A stretch of DNA of 64,000 bases, from positions 9,376,001 through 9,440,000 of the forward strand of contig JASGJH010000001.1 of NCBI GenBank assembly GCA_047601445.1. The letters are read 5' to 3'. Positions 8,334 to 18,114 of this stretch are shown here, piece after piece. The notes beneath the pieces were generated by a model. That model ran no database searches and was not told the DNA's origin. It was given only the letters and a program-made list of their open reading frames with translations. The stretch's first letter is position 1, and the number at the start of each line of letters is the position of its first letter. The translations under genes and the position numbers were made by a program. This DNA is from Myxococcales bacterium (GTDB lineage: Bacteria; Myxococcota_A; Polyangia; Polyangiales; DASUME01).

Positions 8334-9554
8334 ATGCGCCCAGAACCGTCCCAAGCAGTCGCTCCCTTCATCGCCCTGGGCCGCAGCCTGGACGCCGCCT
8401 TCCGCCGCATTAACTACGCTGATGACGCCTTCTCCGGGCTCGCGACCGAGCACCTGGAGCGTGCCGGGCTGCACGAATCCTTCGACTTGCGCGAACTCGC
8501 CCGCTGGGCACTCCTCACGTCGGACCTGCCCCAGCAAGCCGATCTCTTGGCGGAGTTCGGGCAGCCCCCTCTGACCTTGTGGAACGGCCGCCGCTTCCAT
8601 ATCGCGCTTCTCGTTTGGCGGAACAGCACGACCACGATCCATCAGCACGCGTTCGCGGGGGCGTTTCAGGTGTTGCAAGGCGGCAGCATGCACACGCGCT
8701 ACGCGTTCGAGCCGAGCTGTTGGCTCACCGAGGAGCTCGGTTTTGGCGCACTGCGTTGCCTGGGGTCAGAGCGTCTGGTGCGTGGGGATGTGCGGCCGAT
8801 TGAGTCGGCCGCGGGCGGCATCCACGCGCTCTTCCACCTGGAGCATCCGTCGGTCTCTCTGGTGGTGCGCACGCACACCGATAAGCGCCAAGCGATCCAA
8901 TACGACTATGACCATCCAGGCGTCGCCAAGAATCCCTTTCGCTCCGACCCCCAGCAAGTCCGCGCTCTTCAGCTCGCGCGGATGCTGCTGCGCACCGATC
9001 GGGCCGCCGCCGAGGAGTTGCTCGACGAGTACTTGGAGCAGGCCACGGTGGCGGACGCTTTCGAGCACCTCGATCGGCTTGCAGGTGCGGGTGAATACAC
9101 GCTCGCCCAGCGACTGCTGAGACGCATCGAAGGGCGCTTCGCAGGGTTTGCGGAACAGGTGGAGGCTGCGCTCTCGGGGATCCACCGCACGAACTTCTTG
9201 GTCGGCAAGCGCGACGCGGTGCGTGAGCCTGAGCTGCGTTACTTCTTGGCCATCCTGCTCAACGCACCGAACGCCCAAGAGGTCCGGCGTCTAGCCTCGG
9301 CCTTCGCGCCAGAGCGGGCTCCAGGCGAGACCCTTACCACTTGGCTCGAGAGCTTGAGTAAGGTGAAGCTCAAGCTGCAGGCGGGTGGCCTGCCGTGGGA
9401 GCCGAACATCTTCGGGCTGCCAGAGCCCGATGCCGCGTCGCTGTCGTTGCTGCGGCGCGCCCTTTCCGGAGAGGCGCTCGAGCCTGACCAGTCGACGCCA
9501 TTTTTTCGCGCCGTCCGCGCGGACCCTATCTTCGCACCGCTCTTTCGCGAATAG
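8334..9554 (+). CDS. Hypothetical protein with cupin (cysteine dioxygenase-like) metal-binding motif
   Basis: TTIHQHAFAGAFQVLQGGSMH...GGIHALFH...SVSLVVRT fits HxH...H cupin spacing; helical C-terminal half. Confidence 0.6.
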   Translation: MRPEPSQAVAPFIALGRSLDAAFRRINYADDAFSGLATEHLERAGLHESFDLRELARWALLTSDLPQQADLLAEFGQPPLTLWNGRRFHIALLVWRNSTTTIHQHAFAGAFQVLQGGSMHTRYAFEPSCWLTEELGFGALRCLGSERLVRGDVRPIESAAGGIHALFHLEHPSVSLVVRTHTDKRQAIQYDYDHPGVAKNPFRSDPQQVRALQLARMLLRTDRAAAEELLDEYLEQATVADAFEHLDRLAGAGEYTLAQRLLRRIEGRFAGFAEQVEAALSGIHRTNFLVGKRDAVREPELRYFLAILLNAPNAQEVRRLASAFAPERAPGETLTTWLESLSKVKLKLQAGGLPWEPNIFGLPEPDAASLSLLRRALSGEALEPDQSTPFFRAVRADPIFAPLFRE

Positions 9555-9572
9555 ACGTCGCCCCCGCGATGC

Positions 9573-11196
9573 CTAGCGCAGCAGCTCGAGTAAGTCTTTC
9601 CGCGCAAACGGAGCTGCCTCGTCAGGCCCTGCGTCGGTCGCCGGCGCGGTCGCCCGTGCACGCGCGAGGGCTTGAATGGAGAGGGCACGCTTCCAGACAC
9701 GCTCTTGCGACTCACCGGCGACCCTCGACGCATGTTCCGCCGCGGTGATCGCCATCGGCCAATCGGATAGTCCGAGCGCAGCGACGGCCGCCGTGAGGTA
9801 ACAACGGCTGCAGCGTCTGTCTCTGGCGACCGCTGCGCGCGCGAAGCCAAGGGCTTGAGCATGGTTTCCTTGAGCCAGCGCACAGCGAGCGAGCAGGTCC
9901 TTCTCGAAGGCGCTCCGCCCCTCGGCCAAGCCCGCCGCGAGCTCCGCCAGATGGCTCGGTGGGGGCGCGTCAGCGGGCGCTCTCGATAGATGCGCCAGTT
10001 CTACAGCGATGGCCGCAGCGGTGGTCCGGCTGCTCGGTCGGGCCTCTCGCCATTCGCGCGCACGCAGGCGTGCATCACCGATTCTTTTCTTCGTGAACCA
10101 AGAGCTCTAGCTCGAGCTCCCGCAAGCGAGGGGCGTACGCGTCGATGGCGAGGCCGAGCTGTAGATGTTGTCGCGCGCGCTCGGGTTGCTCCTTGATGAT
10201 CCAGAGTTCTGCCCAGGTCGCCTGGCCTTCGGCGAGGTTCTCGGGCGCCGAGGCGATGCGAGGCCGGAACCCCTGGTCGATGGGCACGCTACGCGTGGAG
10301 ATCGCGTCGGGGTCGATGCTGCTCTTGATCACGGCAGCGAGGTCGATCTCGCCGAAGGCGGCCTCGAGGGCAACCTCTGCGTCCGTACCCTGGGCCAGCT
10401 CTCGTAAATAGGTCAAATAGCTCCGAAGCAGCGGCCCGTCGTCGAACTGCATCGCGCGTACTGCCAACGAGGCCAAGGCGTAGTGAGCGTTCGAGATCTC
10501 GCCAGCCGCAGCGTCCCCCTCGGCGTGGAACGTGCTCGAATCCATGCTGAACAGCGCAGGCGCGTGGGCCAAGAACGATGCCGGCACCAGAATGACTTCG
10601 CGGTTCTCGAACCAGACCTGCTCCCATCGCTCCTGCTCGGAGAGCACGAACTTGGGCGTTCCAACCACCAGCGTGTCGTCCACGGGATAGGCGGTCTCCA
10701 TGAACGTGGCCACCCCTTCGGTTAGCCAGATGGGAGGCTCGGGAATGCACCGATGCAGCAGCCGATGCGCGATCTCGTGCTTGAACGTGGCGAGCTTTTC
10801 CGGGCCGTCGTTGGGAGACAGTACGATGACGGAGTGACTCTCGGCGATCTCGAAGTTCGGCGTTGCGTGGTAGCCGATTGCATTCTCCGGGGCGACCGCA
10901 TGAAAGTCGTCCCAGTCGCCGAGCATCACCACCTCCACCAGGACGTCATTCGTCCGATGCTTGCACGGCATGACTTGGGCGAACATCGCGTAGACGGTTT
11001 GCATCTGTTCTGCCCAAGCACGCGTGTCTGCCAGCGTGTCGTTGCTGCGCAAGCGGATGTCCTGGGTCTCGACGAGATGCCAGCTTTGGCGAAGCGGCAG
11101 CTTGCTCGACCCGGCACAGCCCACCAGCCAGGTCAGACAAACCACGTAGAACCAGATGGATGGGTACGGCCGACGGATCAAAGGACAACGAAGCAC
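9573..11196 (-). pseudogene. HEXXH metallopeptidase-like lipoprotein with TPR-like C-terminus, split by a frameshift near 10082-10091 (real or sequencing error)
   Basis: LVGC lipobox and FKHEIAHRLL...PIWLTEGVATFME. The ORF stops at 10075, but the frame of 9573..9929 stays open back across that stop (IGDARLRAREWREARPSS...). Start approximate. Confidence 0.65.
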
Positions 11197-11705
11197 GGGC
11201 GGGATTGTTGGGGCGCCATGCTTCGCCGCAACTGCATGCAACGGGTGATTCGCGTCAAATCCCGCGTTGTCACGGACTCGCCTTCCGTGCGTCAAATGGA
11301 CGTCGCCTGCTGGTCACGTCCCATTTTGAAGCGAGCTCGGTACTCGAGCGGCGGCACGCCACTCACCCCGTCAAAAGAGCTTGCACCTGGTTCTCCGTCT
11401 TCCCGAATTCTTCTCGAAGACCTCAAGGTCTGCGGTTGGACAGGGGACCGAGCATCGCTAATTAGTTGGTCGAGCGGTTCGCACACCTGAGCGTTGTAGA
11501 TTTCAGCAGTAGTCTGGTCGATTTCTTCTCTCCCATCCGCTTCGAACGCAAACCTGGGTGATCCGCGAGCATGAATGCGTGACATTCATGCGTGCCGGAG
11601 CGAATCTACGAGTTGGTACGTCGTCTGAGTACGAGACTGCTTGGACAGGGCTGTCAGTGTCCATGGGTCATCGTTCTGGCTCTGATTTAGAGGCACGACC
11701 TCCCC

Positions 11706-13445
11706 ATGACAGACTCTGCGCACGACAAGATAACGGGCGAGCGAGCATTGGCGTTGGCTTCGGCCGAATTCCAGACCTCTCGAGCTGTGCTGGTCATCCA
11801 CGCTGCTGCGGGGCCACGGGTGGTCGAACTGCCTCGCGATGGCACCTTGCTCGTGGGGCGTCGTTGGCCGTCGGACGTCGTCTTGGACGACACGAGCCTC
11901 TCTCGGCAACACGCGAACTTCGCCTGGGTGGGTGCGGAGGTCTGGGTCGAGGACCTGGTCTCGCGCAACGGCGTCGTGGTGGGAGGACTGCGCGTCAAAC
12001 GCGCTCGCGTCAAACCCGGGCAGCACGTTCTGCTCGGAGATGTGCACGTGTCACTGCACCTGGTCGCGCCTTCCCACGCCATTCTCAGCGGGTTCGACAC
12101 CTTCGAGCAGTGGCACTCCCATTTGTGCGAGGAGATCGAACGAGCGCGAATCCTGGACGATCAGCTCGCCGTGCTGATGTTTTGCGGCGTCGGACATGAC
12201 GTGGAGCACGCGTGCCGCATGCTGCGCGAGCGGATACGCCCGCTCGATCGACTCGCGTTCGTACAGGATGGCCGGGTGCTGATCATGCTCCCCTCCATCG
12301 CGCCCCCGCAGGCCAGCAAGCTATTCAAGGAACTCCTGGGTGTGCTCACTGAGTGCGGACGATTTTCAGGCGGCATGGCGTGCTTTCCAGAGGCCGAAAA
12401 TGCAGAGGAACTGGTAGCCGCCGCACGGCATCGCTGCGACCACGATCTCCCAGAAGTCGTCGCGCGCCCGAGTACGCAGCCGCCGACCGCGGAGCTGTCA
12501 GACGCCGAAGCGGCCAAAATGGCTCGGGTGATGCGGCTCGCAGACCAGGCCGCCGTGGTCAACGTCCCCGTGCTCATCACAGGGGAAACCGGGGTCGGCA
12601 AGGAGGTTCTCGCGCGGCGCATTCATCAGCAAAGTGGTCGCATGGGGCCGCTCAAGGCAGTCAACTGCGCGGCCATCCCGGCCTCACTGGTGGAGAGCGT
12701 GCTCTTCGGGCACGTCAAGGGCGCCTTCACCGGCGCCGATCGAGCGTCGCTCGGCGTGTTCAGGACCGCGGAGCGCGGCACCGTGCTGCTCGACGAGATC
12801 GGGGACCTGCCGCTGCCCGCGCAGGCGGCCCTGTTGCGCACGCTCGAGTCCAAGACCGTCACGCCGGTCGGGAGCGCTGCAGAGGTCGAAGTGGACTTCA
12901 GGTTGATCGCTGCCACGCATCGAGACCTCGAAGCGATGGCGGTCCGCGGCGAGTTCCGGTCTGACCTCCTCTATCGAATCAACGCCATTACGTTGTTCAT
13001 TCCACCCCTGCGAGAGCGCGGTCACGAGATCGATGACCACGCCATCCAGTTCATGGAGACGGCGGCACGGGGCTGGGGAAAGTCCGTCCACAAGATTGGC
13101 CCCAAGGTTCTCGAGCGTCTGCGCGCCTACCCATGGCCGGGCAATCTGCGCGAACTGCGCAATGTGATCGAGCATGCAGTGGTGGTGGCAGAGGGGCCGA
13201 TCATCCAGCTTTCGGACCTGCCGGCCCGTCTTCAACCCGACGCCGAGGCCGAGCTGGACAGCAGCGACTCACGGCAGGCCGACGGGGCGTTTCGAGAGCG
13301 GGTGCGGAGCTACGAGACCCGGGTGATCCGGGAGGCGTTGAGCTGCTCCGATGGCAATGTCACCCGCGCAGCCTCGCAGCTGCAGTTGCCACTGCGCACG
13401 CTGGTGTACAAGATGCGCCTCTACGGCGTCCGACGCTCGGACTGA
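11706..13445 (+). CDS. FHA-domain sigma-54-dependent enhancer-binding protein
   Basis: FHA (VGRR...SLSRQHA...DLVSRNG), GETGVGKE, GAFTGA, LLDEIGD, WPGNLRELRN, C-terminal Fis-type HTH. Confidence 0.95.
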   Translation: MTDSAHDKITGERALALASAEFQTSRAVLVIHAAAGPRVVELPRDGTLLVGRRWPSDVVLDDTSLSRQHANFAWVGAEVWVEDLVSRNGVVVGGLRVKRARVKPGQHVLLGDVHVSLHLVAPSHAILSGFDTFEQWHSHLCEEIERARILDDQLAVLMFCGVGHDVEHACRMLRERIRPLDRLAFVQDGRVLIMLPSIAPPQASKLFKELLGVLTECGRFSGGMACFPEAENAEELVAAARHRCDHDLPEVVARPSTQPPTAELSDAEAAKMARVMRLADQAAVVNVPVLITGETGVGKEVLARRIHQQSGRMGPLKAVNCAAIPASLVESVLFGHVKGAFTGADRASLGVFRTAERGTVLLDEIGDLPLPAQAALLRTLESKTVTPVGSAAEVEVDFRLIAATHRDLEAMAVRGEFRSDLLYRINAITLFIPPLRERGHEIDDHAIQFMETAARGWGKSVHKIGPKVLERLRAYPWPGNLRELRNVIEHAVVVAEGPIIQLSDLPARLQPDAEAELDSSDSRQADGAFRERVRSYETRVIREALSCSDGNVTRAASQLQLPLRTLVYKMRLYGVRRSD

Positions 13446-13541
13446 GAGCGCCCTGGGTGGTCCGTCGAGCCGTCGTGAGTGCGCCCGATCTGCCATCCGC
13501 TCGCGAGCGAAGGACGATCGGGCGCTAGGTAGAGCGCAGAC

Positions 13542-14003
13542 TCAGAACAGCCGGGAACCCACGGTCACGTCGTAGCCGATCAGCGTGTCACCCGAGTTGC
13601 AGTAGATGGTGAGGTCGCCGTAGGTGGTGCCACCGCCGCTATCTTGGTCAAAGTAGTTGTCATCGTGCTGCGGGTAGGTGGAGCCATCCGGCCTGCGGCA
13701 GGTCGTGTTCATGATGCGATGAAAGCCCCCGCGGCTCGAGGTCGTGTTGTAGAACAAGCGATCGCGGCTGTGTCGCTTGCTCACTTGGCCTCGCACGAAC
13801 GCATCGCACGCGGCGCCACCCGGAATCGGGCACGCGCCGTCGGCTTGCTGGATCGGGCTCCAGACTTCCCACGCGTCCGCGGCGTTGAACAAGAACGTGA
13901 ACTGGACGGGATTTCGCACCTGGGCCGAGGCCGAGTGCGCCAAGGTAAGCAGGCCAGCGGCTGCAGCGAGCATCGCCGCGACCTTTCCAATTGATTTGAT
14001 CAT
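13542..14003 (-). CDS. Secreted hypothetical protein
   Basis: AGGAG RBS; signal peptide ending ASA-Q; four Cys; beta-rich mature region. Confidence 0.75.
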   Translation of the reverse strand: MIKSIGKVAAMLAAAAGLLTLAHSASAQVRNPVQFTFLFNAADAWEVWSPIQQADGACPIPGGAACDAFVRGQVSKRHSRDRLFYNTTSSRGGFHRIMNTTCRRPDGSTYPQHDDNYFDQDSGGGTTYGDLTIYCNSGDTLIGYDVTVGSRLF

Positions 14004-14116
14004 GCTGATTCTCCTAGTTGTCTAATGTCGGATCGCGTCCGCCCGAGAACGAGCGCGACCAAACTCCGCAGTGGGCGAGCGACGGCGCCAATCGGTGGCG
14101 GCGGCTCGTGTACGAC

Positions 14117-16510
14117 TCAGAGCAAGTGGCTTGGTTCGCCAACTTCGGGAGGCGTTGGGGACGGGTCCTGCAGGATCAGTCTGACGTCGTCGAGCGTCTG
14201 ACCTGGTCCCAGGTCGACTTCACGTGCGGCATGTCGGCCGGCTTCGTCCATGGCGCTCACGAACAGGCGGCCAGGGCTCACGTTGGCGAACTCCCAGCTG
14301 CCGTCGGGCTTGACGAAGATGGCGCGCGTCCACCCTGTCTCGAGCACGCTGAGTTGAATCGAGGTCTGCGCCAAAGGCTTGCCATTGGAACCGAATGCGC
14401 TGCCGCGCAATGTACCTAGGGCATCCAAGCGGAGTGTGACGTCGCTGCCAGTCGGAACCCGGCTTTGCTGCGTGGTGCTTCCGCTGAGCTCTTCCGCGCG
14501 CAGGAGAAAGAGGCTGCCGGAACTCAGGCGGTCGACTCGGAAGCGACCCTCGAGGTCGGTCAGCACGCGGCGCTCCCCGCCGAGACTCCGTGTGAGCCTC
14601 GCCGATAGCTCCGCACCGGGAGCGTCGTACGACGCCGTCACCCAGACGTTGGGCTTGGGTTCTCCGGCCGCGTCGACAACGCGGCCTGAAATGCTGGCGC
14701 TGCGCTCGAGCACGGCCGATAGCTCGAGCTGGTTCCCTTCTCGGACGACGACCGCCGAGTCAGTGCCACCGACGATGGAGGGCGGATTGGTGCCATCTTC
14801 GATCGACACTCGATAGCGACCAGGTTCGAGTGGACCGACGCGGTAGCGACCGTCGCCCACGGGGTTACCTGTCTTGGCTCGGCCGACGGAGGTTGCCACC
14901 AATGTGATGCCCTCCACGGCTTCGCCGTCGGACCCCTTGACCGACACCGTGATCGATGCGGTTCCGGCGAGCTTCAGGCGGGCATCGACCTTGCCCATGC
15001 CTTCCCGGAGCTCGACCGTCGTGGGCTCGCCTCGAGTGTGGCCGTGGGGAGAGATGACATAGGTGCCCGGTCTCAACGTCGCCGCATACTCGTAGTACCC
15101 ACGCTCGTCAGTCGTGGCGATCATCACGCCTGGGGCCGCATCAGGAGGCTGAGGAAGCTGAAGGCTGAAGTGGGCATAGGGAACGGGTTCTCCGCGCTGA
15201 TCCACCACGCTGATGGAGAGTCCGAGTCCAGGGCCCACCTTCCATTGCAGATCCGCGAGATCACGGTTGCTGACGTCCAACGTGGAGGGGCCCTCGAGCA
15301 AGACCTTGTCACGACAGTAGACGTCCACGGCGTAGCGGCCCGGCGGAACCCCCGGGAACGTTACGCGACCATCCGATTCGATGATTGCACTCAGGGTCGG
15401 CAGCTCGACCGTTGCGTCTTCTGCCGGGAACATTCTGACGTGGCCGCTGCTGCAGGCGGCGCTGGTCGCTCGATCGAACACGCGCCCTCGTACAGAGGAG
15501 CAGGGGGAGACCACGACCCAGATACGTTGCGCGGAATCGGCCACATCGAGCATGACTGGTTCCAACGAGCGTCCCTGGACGTGATCGCCTTCGGCGCTCA
15601 GCACATAGGAGCCGGGCGTGACGCCGTTGATCAGAAAGTGCCCCTCCGAATCGCTCGGAAGCGACGGCTCCGAGGGCCGACCCATGCCGGTGGTGGGCAA
15701 GGCTGAGACCACCACGCCTTCCACTGGCTTGCCATCACCGTACGTCACGACGGTTCCAGCCACGGTCGCTTGAGGCATCAACACGAGCTGCACACCCGAA
15801 GCAGGCGCGACCCAGTTCAGATAGCCCACGGTGTATCCGTCGGCCCAGGCGGTGAGGGAGATCTCCCCTGGCGGCATCGACAAAGCGAAGCGACCCTCGT
15901 CGTCTGTCTCGCCGCGCACCCGGGCGCGCGGTGTGCCGCCGCCGACGATTTGCACGCCGGCGTGGGCCACAGGTCCTCCAGTCGCATCAACGACGAGCCC
16001 GGAGACGCTCGTGCCGCCTCCGCGTAACACCATATCGACGCCATCTTTTCGGGTGTTCTCGGCCAGGTGGATTGCCGCGGCTCCATTGGCGACGCTGGGC
16101 AAGAAGCCGAGGGCAGAAGCATGTACGAAGTAGACGCCGGAGCTCAGTTGGCTCAACGCAAAGACGCCTGAAGCGTCCGTCGCGACGCACCGATGGGTTG
16201 CCAGAGACGCTTCGACGGAGCTGAACGCGCACACGGAAGCGGCAGCGATCGGTGCGCCCTTGTCGTCGAGGACGCGACCGCTCAGCGCACTCGAAGAGTC
16301 GGGAGGATCACCAGGGCCGCGCGGCGCGCGAATGGCAGGGTAGCGGGTGCCTGAGGTCTCTTGTGTCTGGTTCTCGTCCGAAGGGAGAATCAACCAGGTC
16401 GAGAGTGCCAGTAGCGATAGGCCCGCTAGCAACAAGCCGCTCTTCCCGGCGACCGGTCCGCGATGATCCTGCTCGTCGTCTGCGTTGCCGCGATTCTTGG
16501 TCACAGTCAC
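14117..16510 (-). CDS. Membrane-anchored protein with multiple carboxypeptidase-regulatory-like (transthyretin-fold) repeats
   Basis: N-terminal TM segment, then repeated G.V.D..G.P....V / TD..G.F....L..G.Y units. GTG start 16510 or 16504. Confidence 0.85.
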   Translation of the reverse strand: MTVTKNRGNADDEQDHRGPVAGKSGLLLAGLSLLALSTWLILPSDENQTQETSGTRYPAIRAPRGPGDPPDSSSALSGRVLDDKGAPIAAASVCAFSSVEASLATHRCVATDASGVFALSQLSSGVYFVHASALGFLPSVANGAAAIHLAENTRKDGVDMVLRGGGTSVSGLVVDATGGPVAHAGVQIVGGGTPRARVRGETDDEGRFALSMPPGEISLTAWADGYTVGYLNWVAPASGVQLVLMPQATVAGTVVTYGDGKPVEGVVVSALPTTGMGRPSEPSLPSDSEGHFLINGVTPGSYVLSAEGDHVQGRSLEPVMLDVADSAQRIWVVVSPCSSVRGRVFDRATSAACSSGHVRMFPAEDATVELPTLSAIIESDGRVTFPGVPPGRYAVDVYCRDKVLLEGPSTLDVSNRDLADLQWKVGPGLGLSISVVDQRGEPVPYAHFSLQLPQPPDAAPGVMIATTDERGYYEYAATLRPGTYVISPHGHTRGEPTTVELREGMGKVDARLKLAGTASITVSVKGSDGEAVEGITLVATSVGRAKTGNPVGDGRYRVGPLEPGRYRVSIEDGTNPPSIVGGTDSAVVVREGNQLELSAVLERSASISGRVVDAAGEPKPNVWVTASYDAPGAELSARLTRSLGGERRVLTDLEGRFRVDRLSSGSLFLLRAEELSGSTTQQSRVPTGSDVTLRLDALGTLRGSAFGSNGKPLAQTSIQLSVLETGWTRAIFVKPDGSWEFANVSPGRLFVSAMDEAGRHAAREVDLGPGQTLDDVRLILQDPSPTPPEVGEPSHLL

Positions 16511-16596
16511 CCTCGCTGCCTTCGGTCTGCACTCGCGCTGCGCCTTGGCCCGGACCGCGATGGGCGGACAGGCGAAAGCTCCTGGGCCTGCGCCTG

Positions 16597-16612
16597 AGCA
16601 ACCGCCATGCCA
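16597..16612 (-). promoter_or_regulatory. Putative sigma-54 promoter
   Basis: Minus strand TGGCATGGCGGTTGCT, close to consensus TGGCAC-N5-TTGCW, about 90 nt upstream of 16510. Confidence 0.7.
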
Positions 16613-16866
16613 CGCGCAAAAAGACGATGTTCTTCGGGATTGCATGGTGCTGCTCGGGCTCCGAGGAGCGAGAGCCACGCAACTTCTTGCTCGCTTGCCC
16701 AAGCAAGCAATTGCGCGCACAGGCTTCGATCCGCGAATCGCGTTTCGACGAATCACCCCATCGACCACCGAGCGTCTCCCGTCCGCCGAGGAGAAGGGCG
16801 TGGGAGAGAATGCGCTTGGCAGCACCAACGCCTGCCGGGTGACGCGGGAAAGTCGGCGCGAACTAG

Positions 16867-17877
16867 CTACTGGTAGCGCCGCGAGAGCTTCGTCCACTGG
16901 TGATTGCCGTAGACCCAGTCGCACAGGCCGCGCATGTACGCGACCTCGCGGGGGCTGGTGTCGGGGGCGCAAGTGAACGTCTCGAGCGCGCGGTCGAAGG
17001 CCGCGAGGTCCGAGTTGTAGAGTTGCACGGCGTCGGCAAAGGCCTGTTCCGCCGTGAGCGCGCGCTCGCGCATGATGACGGCGACCAGGTTGTGTGGGTC
17101 GTGAGCGTGCTGCTCCTTGTGGAAGGAGTAGAGATCATTCGTCCATGCGCAAAGGCTGGACGCGGCGTCGCGCAGCCCGCAATAGCTCTCTTTTTGCACC
17201 ATCGTCGAGTCGAGCGGCTGCTCGAGGGTCAGCTCGATCAGATCGAAGACCGGCAACGCGCCGACGCTCCAGCGCCGCAGCGAGCGGTACACCGGGAGGC
17301 TCGGGTAACGCCCAGTGCTGCGGTAGGGAAACTCCAGCAAGCATCCCTCGAAGTAGAGACGCAGACTGTAGCCGAAGCGCTGGAGCACGCTCTCTCCGCC
17401 GAGGTGCGAGATACGCGCGCGCAGATCGGCGAGCGCGCCATGGAAGGGCGACGGCGCGGCGGGCAGTTCACCGTGGAAGATCAACTCTTCGAAGGTCCTG
17501 AGCGTTGCCTCGAGCGTGCGGACATCGCCGCAGCGCTCGCCGTACGCGTCGTCGAAGAGGTAGAGCCAGCCAATCAGATTCGCGCCGAGCTCCACGAGCT
17601 CCGAGGAGGCGCGCGGGTAGGTGTGGGCCGCAAAGCTGCCGCAGTGAATGGCCGCAAAACGCTCCAAGGACGGTCCATCCACCAACAAAAGCTCGGCCAC
17701 CCAAGCCAAAGCCTGCTTCTCGGCCGCGTCGAGGTGAGCGCTGGGTTCGACCTGCGGAGTCCGGACCAGGTCGGCGCTGAGTTCCACCAATCGTCGGCGC
17801 TGAGCCCCCTCGGACATCGAGGCAGACGAGGGCGAACGCTCGCCCGACGAGGGCGCGGACATGGGCTCGATCGGCAT
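16867..17877 (-). CDS. Class I terpene synthase (terpene cyclase)
   Basis: Asp-rich LFDDAYGE, effector YRSLRRWSVGA, NSE motif NDLYSFHKE, HNLV, terminal WTKLSRRY (WxxxxxRY). Confidence 0.92.
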   Translation of the reverse strand: MPIEPMSAPSSGERSPSSASMSEGAQRRRLVELSADLVRTPQVEPSAHLDAAEKQALAWVAELLLVDGPSLERFAAIHCGSFAAHTYPRASSELVELGANLIGWLYLFDDAYGERCGDVRTLEATLRTFEELIFHGELPAAPSPFHGALADLRARISHLGGESVLQRFGYSLRLYFEGCLLEFPYRSTGRYPSLPVYRSLRRWSVGALPVFDLIELTLEQPLDSTMVQKESYCGLRDAASSLCAWTNDLYSFHKEQHAHDPHNLVAVIMRERALTAEQAFADAVQLYNSDLAAFDRALETFTCAPDTSPREVAYMRGLCDWVYGNHQWTKLSRRYQ

Positions 17878-18114
17878 AGGTGAAAATTCCCCTCCGCGAA
17901 CCCTACTCAATCCTCAGAAGAATGGAATCGACTGAGGCGGGGCCGAGGGGAGGGCGGGGGGAGGCTGCAGGCGTCGAACGGCGACCGGAGCTGAGTGGTC
18001 TCGATGGGTTACGCCATCGTTCGCGCAGGCAAGATAGGCGTGCCACCATCCGCTGGTTCAGCCTGCTGACTGAGCTTGGATCGGAGCGAGAAAGAGGGCG
18101 CCCTCTTGTGAGCT

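Noticed and set aside
16511..16972. N-terminal extension of the 951-aa ORF
   Set aside because: Low-complexity translation covering the sigma-54 promoter region and overlapping the terpene synthase 3' end.
16900..17883. 327-aa plus-strand ORF, and similar long antisense ORFs (7794..8693, 20505..21668, 33307..34488, 47925..49262)
   Set aside because: Mirror frames of clear genes, as expected from high-GC codon bias; no motifs.
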